Below are positions 14,909-35,887 of a DNA stretch of 64,000 nucleotides, in pieces. Under the pieces are notes generated by a model. The model was not told the DNA's origin. It worked only from the letters and a program-made list of their open reading frames with translations, and made no database searches. How positions within the stretch are numbered: the stretch's first letter is position 1; every line of letters starts with the position of its first letter. The stretch lies in NCBI GenBank assembly GCA_012295275.1, contig CM022678.1:9796001-9860000 (forward strand). The letters run 5' to 3'. This stretch comes from Chrysomallon squamiferum (taxonomy: Eukaryota > Animalia > Mollusca). The position numbers and the translations under genes are program-made.

Positions 14909-16258
14909 GTGAATAAGACTTAGAAATGATGGGAGTCCTAGTGTTATTAGATAAAGAAATAGAAATATATGCTATGTAAATGTTAAAACTTATTTCGTGT
15001 GAACGAAATTAAAAGGAGGTATAAGGGTGGAAACATTGTTTTTTCTTTCTTTCTTTGTAGATTTATTTTTTCTTTGTTTTCCTTTTTGGCTTTTTGCTAT
15101 ATAAAGCAAATTCACTCAGTGGACATGAAATATCTAAGTGTGTTCATTGATCCGAATATTGACCTCATTTTTTTCCACTTCCACGACGGTTATGTGCTTT
15201 CACAGTTGAATCATGTCGTAGAACATTAATAGTTAAAATTTCCATTAAAATATGAATTTAATATCACATTTCTAAATTTGCTCATTAAAACCTGCATCTA
15301 CTTTAGCAAACTGAATAAATTAGCTGAAAGAAGGCAAACCTAATGTTGATAATTCCCGAAAACTACTGAAGCATGGTCTCAGTTTCTTTAATCACGTTCG
15401 CTAAATAGCTAAATTTCATAGAGAATAAAATTTAAGTTAGCATTAAAATGTATATCTGGTTCACGAATGGCCTTTTTACATATAAGAGATATTACTACTA
15501 GAAAGAAGTATTATAAAGAAATAACGCATGACATTAAATAACAATTTATGTTAGCTCAGAACAGACAAGATCAGCTAAATAGACGGTAAAGATTTTTTGT
15601 GCAATCACTAAGATTGAGGTAGCTAAGTTTTATATGTCTGAAGGTTAGAGGTCTCGGAAGAAAACAAAAATTAATAATCATAATCATAAAAAATCCCTAC
15701 ATCAATTTGATATTGCTTTCAAAATAAGGATATTTTCTTTAACATTATCATAGTGGGGAAAAACGCCTCGCTTGGACATGCCATAAGCAGATTAAAATAA
15801 AATATATTTAACTATAGCAACCAAAGTTATAATGCCAAAGTCGTCAAGTTACAATCCATCCAATCTAACAACAGACACATAATTAATTAAAATACCTAAA
15901 TACATTAATACCTAATGATAATTAAAATACCTAAATACATTAATACATAATAATAATTAAAATACCTAAATACATTAATAGATAATGATATGAACCGGCT
16001 CCAATTAATGGGTATGCGCCGATTCAGGACAGCTGTAGACAAAAGATATCTTTTCCCGAGTGTCCAGTTACAACGCACTTGGCTGACAAGCAATAAACAC
16101 TTCGGAACTCGGCTCATCTCTCTTTCATTTTTATATTTAGACTGGACACCATTGCTCCCAGACTGCATTCCCCAAAGTATTTATACAGCAAAATAACCAA
16201 AGAGAAAAACTAATCACGGTAATATTCAAGAACTTTACAAGTAATAAAATATTCTTAC

Positions 16259-21605
<5,347 letters not shown>

Positions 21606-23461
21606 GGTTTGTTGTAACAACTGAGTATATATCCGGGAAGAGCGGGGTACACTGTGTGGTATGTTACAGTCGACTGAGTTTGAGAGTATTTACCAGACAG
21701 CTTGTTTCAAAGAAACTCTTTAGTAACCCTGGGAACACACATTTCTTTTATTATTCTTTTGTCGTCGCGGTTGTTGCCACTGTAGCTTTTCTTATGTATC
21801 CAGTATTTTGCTTGTTCTGGTGGAAATATTAGTTCATTTTAATGTTTTTATTTGTGTTGTTGTGGCGTTATGATTGCTTTTGTTTTTTAATCTTGTTATT
21901 TTGTTATTATTATTAGTAGTAGTAGTAATAGTAATAGTAGTTGTAGTAGTAGCTGTTCTTGCTGTTGTAGTCTGAGGAAGCGGCGGAGTAATTTATTGGA
22001 CTGCTCATGCAAGATGCGCTGACTGTGTTATTTCCCGTTCTAGATAGAACAAAATACTCGTTTATCAAGATTAGTGGTACATATTAAAAATACATTTCTG
22101 TTAACTGAACACAAGTAAAAAATCACTCTGAGTTTTATATTTTATAACCTGTGTGATTCACATTTGATATTTAATTAAATATATAATGATGATGATGATG
22201 ATGAAGATGAAGATAATAATAAGTAAATAAATAAATAAATAAATACATATTTTTTCAAAAATCCTATAACTTACTAATTCGTTTTTTTCTTTTTGTTTCT
22301 TTGTTTGTTTGGGAATGCCTCTTCGCTTTCTTTTGCTGTCAGGTTAAGTGGTTTACCGATGTGATAGTGTTTCTATGTTTCTTAACACAGATCTGTCATT
22401 TAATAGTCATAGCAAGTTTGGTAATTTTGTACATTTGGGGGGGGGATATTTTTGTGAACAGAAGAATGATAAATGTTTGTTATGATTGTTATTTATTTCT
22501 TGTTCTTTTTGTTTTCAGTTTTTCAATTTCTTTTTATATATATTTTTGTTATATTCTTGAAATGAAAGAGTCCAGATCCTATCAGATCCGTCTGTATTTG
22601 TGTAATTATTTTAGCAGGCTGAGCTAATATTCAAGTGTATGTCACTGTTTCGTACTAACTGTCATGTTCTGTACACAGACCACGCAGCTGACACTGGAAA
22701 CTTGTAGAACGAGTTTTTCAATGCATCATGAACGTCACAATGAAGATATGTTTTTATTTTAGTATCAAGCCTCGAATAGAAACACGCGATGAATATTCCC
22801 AGTGTTTAATTGCGTTTGACAGAGAAGCGGGGTTTAAACATGATATTTTGCTCAGTATGCGCAAGAAAAGAGTTCATCAATTGACCTAAAACCTAGTCAG
22901 CCATGACACACTGCATAATTCATCACTTCTTCCTTTCTTCATTATCATCACCACAAAATTTAAGATATTTACCAACGCAAATAAACTGTAATAAGTAAAT
23001 AAGTAAATAAATAAATAAATAATATTATAGTATACATGTATCATATTATATTATAGTTTATTATATATATATATTAAATATTATCATTATATTTTTAAAA
23101 TATTCATCAACGATAAATCTTTGAGTAGGATAGGATTGGGCAAATGTTTGGAGCCTTTCATTAACCTCCACTTGAAAAACGACTTCCCGTCTCAGAGAAC
23201 AGTTGGTAAACTGATGGTTTCTTAGATCCATTTAACTCCTGTTTGTTACAATTTTATTAAAATTCATTGTACTCTTTATTTAGTGTCATCTTCAATATAG
23301 CAGATAAAACTAAATGTGTCTGCCTGTTCCTTTATCTCATGTATGTGGGGTGCTTCACTCGATTACCTTTCCTTCTGTTTCCTGTGATATTTCAGCCTGA
23401 TTGTTCGTTGATAATTTACCTTAAAATGTGTTCTTCGTTTTCTTTACTACTTTCTTTAGTT

Positions 23462-23682
23462 GTCTACGTATGAAAACAGAGTTATTTCCCTTAAATAATA
23501 AATATTACATCTCAGACATAAATATGTTTATATCGATATTTTTATTTGTAGTTATTTATTTATTAATTTATTTATTATTACTATTATTATTATTGTTTTG
23601 TTGTTTTTTTTAATGTTTTTTTAATGTACAAAAAATCATCAGCAAACCGTAATAACAATAATAATAATAATAATAATAATAA

Positions 23683-23720
<38 letters not shown>

Positions 23721-23939
23721 CTACGTATGAAAACAGAGTTATTTCCCTTAAATAATAAATATTACATCTCAGACATAAATATGTTTATATCGATATTTTT
23801 ATTTGTAGTTATTTATTTATTAATTTATTTATTATTACTATTATTATTATTGTTTTGTTGTTTTTTTTAATGTTTTTTTAATGTACAAAAAATCATCAGC
23901 AAACCGTAATAACAATAATAATAATAATAATAATAATAA

Positions 23940-23974
<35 letters not shown>
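23462..23974 (+). repeat. Near-perfect ~257-bp tandem duplication
   Basis: gtctacgtatgaaaacagag... starts at 23462 and 23719. Copies differ essentially only in AAG count (12 vs 11). Confidence 0.95.
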
Positions 23975-24501
23975 TAATGAAAGTTATTGGTCTCGTATAA
24001 CTGTATCATTACAAAAGAAAAAGACTTACTATTAAACTGATGTACAAGTATTTTAAGTGAAATCAAATTTGATGGTTATATGAATAAAAAAACACATTCA
24101 ATACACACATTTAAGTAACATCAGTAACATTAAGTAAATTCAATAACATTCTACATGAAAGTCTTTAAAAACATAAAGTAATTTCAACAACAATTTAAAT
24201 GAAAATCTATATATGCACTTTGTGACTCAAGATTTAGTATCAGATTAAGTAAAGTTCTCCTTTTTACATAGTTTATCAATTTCACACCTGCAACTGTCTA
24301 CCTGATATCATTTCACAACTGGAATGAAATCGATATTCAACATGTCTGCTCTCAGGAGTGCTGATGTCGGTCTGTGTTTGTGTGTGAGTTAAACAGAAAG
24401 TCTACACTTCACTAGCAGTTGTTAACGACTGAAGCGAAAACTCTTTTTATGTCTACATCTTTCTTTAAACTGCAGCGAAGACCTCGCCGCCTCTGAAACG
24501 T

Positions 24502-25514
24502 ACACTCAACCAGTCTTCACACCAACACTCAACCAGTCTTCACACTAACACTCAACCAGTCTTCACACCAACACTCAACCAGTCTTCACACTAACACTCA
24601 ACCAGTCTTCACACTAACACTCAACCAGTCTTCACACTAACACTCAACCAGTCTTCACACCAACACTCAACCAGTCTTCACACTAACACTCAACCAGTCT
24701 TCACACCAACACTCAACCAGTCTTCACACTAACACTCAACCAGTCTTCACACTAACACTCAACCAGTCTTCACACTAACACTCAACCAGTCTTCACACCA
24801 ACACTCAACCAGTCTTCACACTAACACTCAACCATTCTTCTCACTAACACTCAACCAGTCTTCACACTAACACTCAACCAGTCTTCACACCAACACTCAA
24901 CCAGTCTTCACACCAACACTCAACCAGTCTTCACACCAACACTCAACCAGACTTCACACCAACACTCAACCAGTCTTCACACCAACACTCCACCAGTCTT
25001 CACACTAACACTCAACCAGTCTTCACATCAACACTCAACCAGTCTTCACACCAACACTCAACCAGTCTTCACACTAACACTCAACCAGTCTTCACACCAA
25101 CACTCAACCAGTCTTCACACTAACACTCAACCAGTCTTCACACTAACACTCAACCAGTCTTCACACTAACACTCAACCAGTCTTCACACCAACACTCAAC
25201 CAGTCTTCACTCAACCTAACACTCAACCAGTCTTCAACACTCAACAGTCTTCACACCAACACTCAACCAGTCTTCACACTAACACTCAACCAGTCTTCAC
25301 ACTAACACTCAACCAGTCTTCACACTAACACTCAACCAGTCTTCACACTAACACTCAACCAGTCTTCACACTAACACTCAACCAGTCTTCACACCAACAC
25401 TCAACCAGTCTTCACACTAACACTCAACCAGTCTTCACACCAACATTCAACCAGTCTTCACACCAACACTCAACCAGTCTTCACACCAACACTCAACCAG
25501 TCTTCACACCAACA
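24502..25514 (+). repeat. 23-bp minisatellite, ~44 copies
   Basis: acactcaaccagtcttcacacYa with interspersed C/T variants and no spacers. Confidence 0.97.
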
Positions 25515-26498
25515 CGAATGCTCAAGTTTGAATATGGCGAAAAAACGTTCTCAAGTTTTTCGGGTTGTTTGTTTGTTTTTAGCAATAATTAAGTATCAAT
25601 ATTATTGTCTAAACGTCTTCAGACTTTTTATTTATTTATTTATTCACAGAGCGATTTTGTTTTACTGTTGGATAAATAATACTATAGTAACTATCGAGAA
25701 TACTATAATTCAACAGAGTGAATTAAGTAAATCAGTTCTTATTATTTTTAGATCGAAATATGTATAATCACTATTCAGACAGTTATTAATTTGATATTAT
25801 CCGTTAGGAAAAAAAATGAGGTACAATTTTAACTCTTGTTTTAGTAATGTAAATATTAACATGAAAAATCTTTAAATATCTTTTTACGATTCGTGCTATT
25901 CTTCTGCAGTCATTGTGCTTACAATAATGATATAATGATGTAATTATTAGTTATGATGGTTAGTTGTAATTATGTTGTGGTAAATACTGTTAAACACAAC
26001 ATTCCTACATAAATAAATAAACACTTGAAGCAATACACATGTAAAAGTTCCTAGCCATTAGTGAACATGTGTATGAATGTATGCGCGTGTGTATTTGTAT
26101 AAGTGAGACTTAATGTGTGTGTGTGCGTGTGTGTGTACTAGCGCAAGAGAAAAATAGGAAAAGTGAAAAATTAATTATGAATAAGATAATGTAAAGGTTT
26201 GCCTCAAATTGCCTGTACTGACACGTAACATGTACGATTAAGTTCAAGTCAAAGCAGAAAAGTAACGACACTTAACGTAATAAATTTCTTATTTGTTAAA
26301 TCTCTTATTGATTGTAGCGCAGACAAAAAACAGGTAATGTTTGTCACACGTAATCCCGCTGTTTGTCAGCCTGACACAAGGGCGGCTCTGCTGACTTGTC
26401 TGGCGCAGTCTCAACACGCTGCTGCCTTTCAGTGGTGTTTGATTACATCGTACTTCTTTGTTAACGAAACACGACTCATCACAAACATTTCTACTACC

Positions 26499-26733
<235 letters not shown>

Positions 26734-27935
26734 AAACCGTTTAGTTCTAGCTGATTTCAAATGCTGGTTTAACTTCACTTGTTAGCTATGAATGGAGAAA
26801 TTTACAGAGAGATTGATTCACTTTGTGTTGCTTTGTGTTCTGTGACTTTTTCTCAGTCTTTCAGTTAACATCACCTTCAGATCTTAACCGTAACTTTACC
26901 ACAGTTTATAAAAACTGATACCACTCAGTAACAATTCGTAGCCCCATAATAACTTATTAAAACCCACACTAAATTACAACATTAAAATCTATTTCGATAT
27001 ACTTTTTTCATGAGCACCAAAAAGTTAAAGGTCCTTATATATTAATAATATTCCTGACACGAAGAAACATAATTGTTATTGTCATACTTTCTTATTATTT
27101 ATGGCAGGTCTCAACAAACAAGTAAAATAATAATTTCTTCTTTTTACTTTTTATTTCTAAACTTTATTTATTTTATTTTATTTTATTTTATTTTATTTAT
27201 TTATTTATCTATTTAATTATTTATTTTATTTATCATTATTATCTGTTTGTTTGTATATTTAAAGCAGACACACTTTAAAGGAAATACAGTTCTATACGAA
27301 TGGAGTATTGAAGTGTTTGTATCATCAGTCTTAAGTTTATTTCTCGTTCTAGCCAACGTCTCATTTATAATCATTATACTACAGGATTTCGTGTCTCTGG
27401 CAATTATGCTCGTAAGATATTCTTTTCTGCTAATCAGTACGGGAGCGCTGGGTTTCCTCTTTATTCATGAAAAAAAGTATTAATAAAAAAGTGACATGTG
27501 CACAGCATTCAGAGTCAAACCGTTCTGACCGGTGTTGACGTTTTGACTGCCACACTGAATCAGTGTTAAGTGAAGTCCAGTAGAGGAATGTCATTTTGTG
27601 CAACGTATAAATCTGTTGATTTGACCGTTATTTTCCAATTTTTGCAAGTCAAATAAAACTCTAAACACACCTGTCATACAATATCTAAAAATATGTATAG
27701 ACTGGGTTTTACACTAATAAATACTGGCGATGAAATGATAATGAATAATATTTCTACGAAGAAAACAACAAACATAAGAAGACTTTTTGCCCTGACATTA
27801 AAAAGCTGATATCAGAAACGTGTGTTCAGGCTACCTCCTCAGATTAACTTTTTCTGTACACGAAGATCCGTACAGGTGGTGAAAAATTCATTTATTTATT
27901 TATTCATTCATTTATTTAATTATTTATATATATAT

Positions 27936-28029
<94 letters not shown>

Positions 28030-28936
28030 TTATTTTTTGTATCTGTTATAGGATATTTTGTTGACGTAGATATACCAGCCATTTGTATTTATATCACATA
28101 TTTAAGAAACCAGTACTAAACTATACACTAACAGTCAGCCCCAGAATTCAGAAAACAAATTGTTATAAATAAATAAATAAATAAATACATTTTTAGATGA
28201 AGAGAAGTGTTTTAAACAAACTGTAGGTAAAGGGCAATTTCATAATTAGCTGCGAGACAATCACTTCACACACACGCACACGCCGCACACGCACGCACAC
28301 ATACAGGCACACACACGCCTTTGTATTCTTTTAATTTCCTTTTAATATTTCTATTTATTTCTGTAACATTAACGTCATCACTAATGTTTGATGAAATGCC
28401 TCAGTATGAGTAATTGTATGGGAATTCCCTAGCGGCAAGGTGAAACCTATGGCAATAGTAATGGTGTAGTGTATTAATGAACTGTATAGAGTTTTTGAAA
28501 AAAAAAATAGAACCAAACAACAACCATTTCTAGAAAACTGGAGCAAATTGGGTCAAGACAATATGGAAAATTAGTGTAAGAAGAAAGTTTCGCCCCTCTG
28601 TTCTCTTTTAAGCAAGGAATCTTCACGTGCCGTGTTGATCGCCCCTGTTGTCTTCATGTTATTTGTGCTTGTTAGTTACCAGGGTTACACACCAGGCTGT
28701 AACTCGGGGGCGGTCGCTTGTTACAGTGTAACTGGCCACGTGCGGGTTTTGCTCTATGTTGCACGCCGCTGATCCCTTGTTACTGCTGACTGAAAAACTG
28801 TTCTCTGTCTCAGGTGTTAAACATATTCATAAAAGATAAAAGTAGAGTATTAAACGCGTGCATCGTTAAATAATATAGTGTGTATTTGTCATACCCTTTA
28901 AAAATATCACTATGAATTTTCATAGGTAAGTTAAAC

Positions 28937-29015
<79 letters not shown>

Positions 29016-29317
29016 CATACATACATACATGTATGTAGACAGGCAGACAGACAAATAGATTGATATACAGATACATATGACAATACTTGTGGGTGTTATT
29101 GTTTTATAATATGTCTTTTTCTTCTAGAATTCCTTTTTCTGTAATTAGATACAGCACGAGAATTCGGACACATTTATTGTTTTTATTAATCATTATATAT
29201 ATATATATATAATCTAAAATAATTTATTGATATAATTTCTTTCTTTCTTTCTTATATTTAATTCTTCATTATAATTTTGAACAGAACGACAAAGAAAAAA
29301 ATCATTTTATTTATTAT

Positions 29318-29543
29318 TACTGAGTATCTGTTGAGTACATCTACAGAGACGTCTCACCGAGTGTCTGTTGAGTACATCTACAGAGAGACGTCTCACTGAG
29401 TGTCTGTTGAGTACATCTACAGAGAGACGTCTCACTGAGTATCTGTTGAGTACGTCTACAGAGACACGTCTCACTGAGTATATGTTGAGTAGATCTACAG
29501 AGACACGTCTCACTGAGTATATGTTGAGTAGATCTACAGAGAC
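29318..29543 (+). repeat. ~39-bp tandem repeat, ~5.7 copies
   Basis: actgagtatctgttgagtacatctacagagagacgtctc units, containing the palindrome GAGACGTCTC. Confidence 0.93.
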
Positions 29544-30448
29544 GGCAGAAGTGAAAACATCTCCACTCATCAAGTCAGTGTTTGGTACGGCTTGATTAGA
29601 AGTTCAGAAAATACAACAACTTGATGTTTTCAGCAGTGTACATGTATTTATAATGTGTTTTAAAAATATTTAAAATTTGAATGTCCGTTCCGTTACAACC
29701 GGTCAAAGTTTAATATCACTGAATTTAATCACCCAAAACTTTTCTTAATATTCATTTTAGAAACCAACGATGCCGCTGAGTTTTAAACATAACAGTAATA
29801 TTTATTTAACACTTAGAATTAAGAATTTTGTTAGAAAAAGTATTTTTAGGTATCAGTGATAATACTATTTTGTTTGATTATTTACCAAGAATAATTTATT
29901 AATATTTTATACATCTAATATATATATATAATTAAATAATATTGTACAATTACTAAAATAATTTATTATTAAAGACTTTGAGTACGTTTTTAACTTTATG
30001 GATAACAATAATATTCATTATTATATCAAAATAAATTAATAAAAATATGTTTGAAATATGGAAATTTTGAAAATTACACAAAACTTACTAATTAATAAAG
30101 TAAAGTAATATTATCACTTTTTAATATTATTAGAGCGTTTAAACTGCTCCTGATAATGCATGGTTTTAATTAGTTTATATATAAAATCATTATTCTCAGT
30201 AAATAATAAATTTATTTTTTAATAGTAACCGTCAAATAAACCCTACAAAAAAATGTATAAGAAAAAGAAATTAAGGAATGTTACACTAAAAGAGATAACA
30301 AAATATTTTAATATGTGTTTTTAAAGGCCCTGCGATCTCCTATTAGTAATAATTCTAATCCGAAAATTTATATTTGCAGTTACGTGTTTCACGTCTTTTG
30401 CAAAAAAAGATCAATATGAAAGAAAAACTTTCTTTTGAAGTACAGGTA

Positions 30449-30715
30449 TATACATATATACATGCATACATACATGCATACATACATACATACATACATG
30501 CATACATACATACATATATATATATACATACATGCATACATACATACATGCATATGTACATACATACATACATACATACATGAATACATGCATACATACA
30601 TACAAACATACATATGCATACATACAAACATACATATACATACATACATACATATATATATACATACATACATACATGCATACATACATGCACACATATA
30701 TACATATACATATAT
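30449..30715 (+). repeat. Degenerate (TACA/TGCA)n microsatellite
   Basis: catacatacatgcatac... tract; source of the spurious MYVC/HTYI ORFs. Confidence 0.95.
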
Positions 30716-30974
30716 TAAGATTACTTAGTTTTAAAAACAGTTGGCGTCCCATGTGGCCCTTAAATATTTTGCATATGAAAACTCAATAACTGATTGTTCT
30801 CAAAAAAGACGTGTTATGTGTTTAATTATGTATTTTTATCTAGTACATCAATCGTGATAAATAGCTTCCAAAGACTGAGCATTATTTTTATTAGCAAATG
30901 GTCACAAATGAATTTTTTTTTCTTTCCGATTCTTGATTTGATGAAAAAGAAATACTTGGAAATAGCATGTAACA

Positions 30975-31017
<43 letters not shown>

Positions 31018-32389
31018 TGCTACTACTACTTTTATTATATACATGCATGTATAATGTATGTGTGTTTTCATACGTTTTGGTCCATGATTATAACTAAATG
31101 TCTGAAGGAAGTAACAATTACACAGGAATGAAAATTTTGCCGGCTGAAAACGGTAACTGCAGACGCGCACGCATTGAACATTCACTCAGTGACAGTTATA
31201 ATAAACGAAATAAGTTTTGTACTAAAGAGAAATGTGATTTATTATTATAATTATAATTATTATTGTTGTTGTTGTTGTTGTTGTTTTTGTTAATTAATGA
31301 ATTTGTGGCATTCAGCCTCTATTTGTACTTTGCACAGAAAGGCAATTGTTGATTCTTTGTAACATATAAAACTAAATATTAATACTAACACTTTGTGTAT
31401 GAATTTAAACAATGTGCTAAGATTGATTTGGCGCTAACAAACTATAACTTTGTTTCTTGCATCTTCTATGGACAGTGAAACACTTTAATACTTTGAGAAA
31501 ATGTATCACTGTCCAATTACGTCATACATTTTATATCTTCACTTGATTACTTTTTATCTGTTGTTATTTTATTTCATTTTATTTAGTAAGTTATTTATTT
31601 CTGGATTAAAAGAATAAACTGAAGTAGTTCATTCCAAAGAACAGTGATGGAGAGAGGGAGAGAGGGAGACAAGTAGCTTAACGAATTTAAGATTTTTATT
31701 AGATTTCGGTTAATAAAAAATACAATATTAACACTGGGCTACGTAACTAACACTTTCCTCAATGACCTTGAATAGAATCTGTTCGTTATTCTTCTTCTTG
31801 TCTTATTATTATTCTTTATGTGTGTATGTGCGTGTGTTTTTCTGTGTGTTTGCGTTTCTGTGCATGTGATAGTGAATTCTACATGCACGCATGTGAATCT
31901 GCATATTAATGTTTTCACTGCAGATAGAACAAACTCAGTACAATTCAACACGTCTGACTATGAGATGAAATTAGTAATAAATACAGTTTAATCGAATTTT
32001 CTAAATAATATACAAGTCATTAGGTGTTTTATACTAATAAATATACATTATAAACTATGTAGAAATTAATATAAACATGTTGTTGTTTGTGTGTGTGTTT
32101 GTGTATATTAGTGTAAGTGGGTGCTTGTTTAGTCACAAACACAAAATGCACACACACACACACACACAAATGTACACAAGCATGCACATGCCCACACACA
32201 ATAGTTTTAGTTTTTAATTTTGTACATATTTAAATAGATTATTGTTGTCTTCCATCAAATAAATATTTGATAACAACACTTGGTATTCCATTTAAAATTT
32301 ATTTTAACTTGAAAAATTTAATATTTCATTCACAATTATCCTGATCATTTTGTTGACTGGAAAATTTGTTAACTTCTACATAGATTATA

Positions 32390-33160
32390 CCGTATATACT
32401 TGTGTACAAGGCGACCTTATGTATAAGTCGATGTGTATTTTAAGATTGCGTCATTTTAGGTATTACTTGTGTATAAGTCGACTGTACATTCCAGGCACTA
32501 TTTTTAGACCAGTGTGACAGTGCCATGAAGGCCTACATTGTACGCCTACTGTAACATAACTTGCACGAGCTGTAACTTGCACGAACATACCATAATAACG
32601 TAAATGCATGTATTACACGAGCTATAGCCTAAATGTATCATAAATAGTATCTCTTTAATGTAATAGATCTAACATGGAGACCTAACTTACCGTTATATTT
32701 AGCCGTTCTATGATTTACAAAATTTGTCGGTAGTGGATATTAATGACGATTGTAATATTATTTCACCAAATTCTTTACAATTAAACAAGTGAGTTTTGTT
32801 TATGAAATTAGGACCGATATTTAGTGCAATTTGGCAGAGAAGTCTGCATTCCTAGATCATTGCAAGACGCCGTAAGGCATAACACCGTTCTGACGGTTTT
32901 CTCGCTAAACGGAAGAATATCATGTTTTACATTCATATTTGGTTTTGTTATTTAATTTTTCAAAATTTTTTATTCGATAAAATTATATTTTTGAAAAGCT
33001 GAAAGACCGCGATTATTTTAGATGCATCCCGTAGCAAAAAATAGTCAAAATGGCGACACTTCAGCAACAGCTACAAAAGCATTACCTATGTATAAGTCGA
33101 CCCCCAAAATATTACCTTAATAGTCTCCCAAAAATTCGACGTATACACAAGTATATACGG
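32390..33160. mobile_element. Non-autonomous Tc1/mariner (Tc2/pogo-type) MITE, ~770 bp
   Basis: TIRs CCGTATATACTTGTGTA.. / ..TACACAAGTATATACGG flanked by TA at 32388-32389 and 33161-33162. Internal GTATAAGTCGA motif repeated at ~32422, ~32472 and ~33090. Confidence 0.88.
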
Positions 33161-33425
33161 TATGCATATTCCTTCTTTTCCTTTTGAGTAATATTTCAGA
33201 ATAAGTATAACTTTTCCAGCAACTATTATTTATATGTTGAGAACTGAGTTACAATTCAAAATATTCTTAGACCCAATTTTATACATTAATTGCCTTCACA
33301 AAGTATACATATCACTTCAGGTTTATTTTGTAATTAGTCATGAATACCCCAGTAAGAAGACAAAAAAATAAATTACATTTTTTTTAAGCAGAAATAAACC
33401 AATTATTTATTTATTCATTTGTTAG

Positions 33426-33464
<39 letters not shown>

Positions 33465-34832
33465 TTATGCAACTGAACATGGATAATAATTTTCATAAGG
33501 GAAATAACTCTCTTTTGATAAAACTTTATTTATATTGTTAAAACATGAAATAAACAAAGAAAGCAAATACAGCTTCCCACACAAATTAAAAACAAAATGA
33601 CTAATAATAAACACCCTGAAAACAGTTTTATATCTCTTTTTTATTTACCAAAAAACAGTAACAATGAATTAAAAAATCACATTCAACAGCAACATTGTAA
33701 CAAATATAAAAATTAATTAATTAAAAATGTCTCTAAAAAACATAATACTGATACATGTGCATTATAAACAAAAATATTGTAAAAACAAAATATAATTTAA
33801 CTGTCACATATTATTATTATTTTTTTTTTTTACCTGTTTTAAATTATTACATTGGATAATTAATTACTGTATTTAACAGGAGCTAGTATTAAAAATTAAT
33901 CTAGACATCTGTTTTTTATTAAAGTGTGCTAAATAAATTGATTTGATGGTTTATCTGCTGAGTGTATGTTGTATTTTGTGCAAACATAAATATACATATA
34001 TCACATATATACAAGTAAAAGACACAAACCAAACACCAATAACATTACTATACTCATACAACAGAAAATACACAGTCACACACACACTCACACACATATT
34101 CACTTAGGCAAAACCCACACAAACAGACATACCAACATACATACTGACATATACACACATATACACCAAAACACACAAACACATACAGGCACATATATTC
34201 AGAGACATACCAACATACATACTGACATACATCCTCACACATACAGTGCATAACATAAATTTAATAGATAATAACTGATATTATCAAAAACACTTCTTAT
34301 AATAACTGGGCAATGAAAACAAAAATCTAATAAAAATATGATTTTCTTTATAAACTTTGGTCAGTGTATTTTATCAGCACATAAATATCAGTGTGTGAAT
34401 TAACAGCATGTCATGTTATTCTGTGTATCAGAAAATGTTGAGTAGAGCATTAAAAAAATTATACAAACAGGATTGTTGAGTTGTATGGTTGAAATTATCA
34501 TCTTTGTGTCAGAAAACTTTATACACAACAGTTTTAAAATCAATTTCTATGAAGTGGAATTGACATTATCTATATCAGAAAATACAGAGTGGCATAGAAA
34601 ACTTAACCTATATAATCAGAGAAAAAATTTGATATATTATTAACAATACTGCTTTATTATCAGACAAGCAGGACAAAAGAAAATATGTCAGAAAATACTG
34701 AATCTATTATTAATAATATTATTTTATCCTCATACAAACTGGAAAAGTGAAAATACTATTCTCTCAGAATGCACCTGATAGAACTGTAATTGAAAACAGT
34801 TTTCTTTCATCAGATAAGCTACACAATCACTG

Positions 34833-35263
34833 TCACCACATTCTACCATCAGTGTACACAGGGTGAGCTAATCTGTAAGTGTGACGTTTCCATGACTCCT
34901 CTGTGTTCTGCAGAATTAGCTCAGGATGAGCTGAATCTTCAGCTTGTCTCACTTTCATCCTCTTCTCCACTTCTTGTCTGAGAAAAACATTTCAATATTT
35001 AATATTAATGTAATTAGGTATTGGTTTGTATAGTTTGTTATATTTATCTTTGTTTGTCACCCAGTAGCTGATATAGTTTTCATGCTGGGTTGGCCTTAAA
35101 CATTCATTCATTCATTTGTATAGTTTGTAAAAACAATGACTATCAAAAATTTCAGTTATTTAAAGATAAGCTTTCATACCTGTCCATTTTTAAAAATAAT
35201 GATATCAATAGACATAATTACAAATGAAAGGATTTTTTTATCAGTTACCATTAATTATTATTA

Positions 35264-35298
<35 letters not shown>

Positions 35299-35812
35299 TT
35301 GTTATATGTGAGCCTTTCCATGAGCATCAAGGCAAAAACCAACTACTTTGTTTAATCCTGGGTATCATAATTATGCACATACACTTTATGAACAGGGAAA
35401 GACAAACGAAAGGAAGAAAGAAAGTGAAAGAGAGAATCAGAGAGGCTAGGAGAAAATTAGAGATAGTGAGAGAGAAATAGAAAGACTATGACATCATCAC
35501 TATACCTGAGTTTTACCTGCAGTTCTGTACTTTTAACATCATCAACTTTTATGTTAATTCTTGAAACTATGACTGGTTGTTCAAATATCTTAGCCTAGAT
35601 AACAATAAACACATTTCTTAAATTATTCATAATAATCTTTGTTAGTGTTAAAGAACAATGTTACAGATGGGAGAAATATTTACAAAATGTTTTTGTCAAA
35701 ACAGATATTTACAGATTATATGTTTAGACATACATATAGATAGATAGACATAGGTAGATATATAGATAAACAGATATTAAGTTAACAGACTAGGCACACA
35801 CACTCTCACACT

Positions 35813-35887
<75 letters not shown>

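Noticed and set aside
24502-25514. CRISPR-like appearance of the 23-bp array (also the 54-, 60- and 64-bp arrays)
   Set aside because: Units are contiguous with no unique spacers, there are no cas genes, and the context is eukaryotic.
35053-35115. SINE 3' tail ending ttaaacattcattcattca, as a clue to a gastropod host
   Set aside because: The resemblance is from memory only and the fragment is ~60 bp. It needs a repeat-library search.
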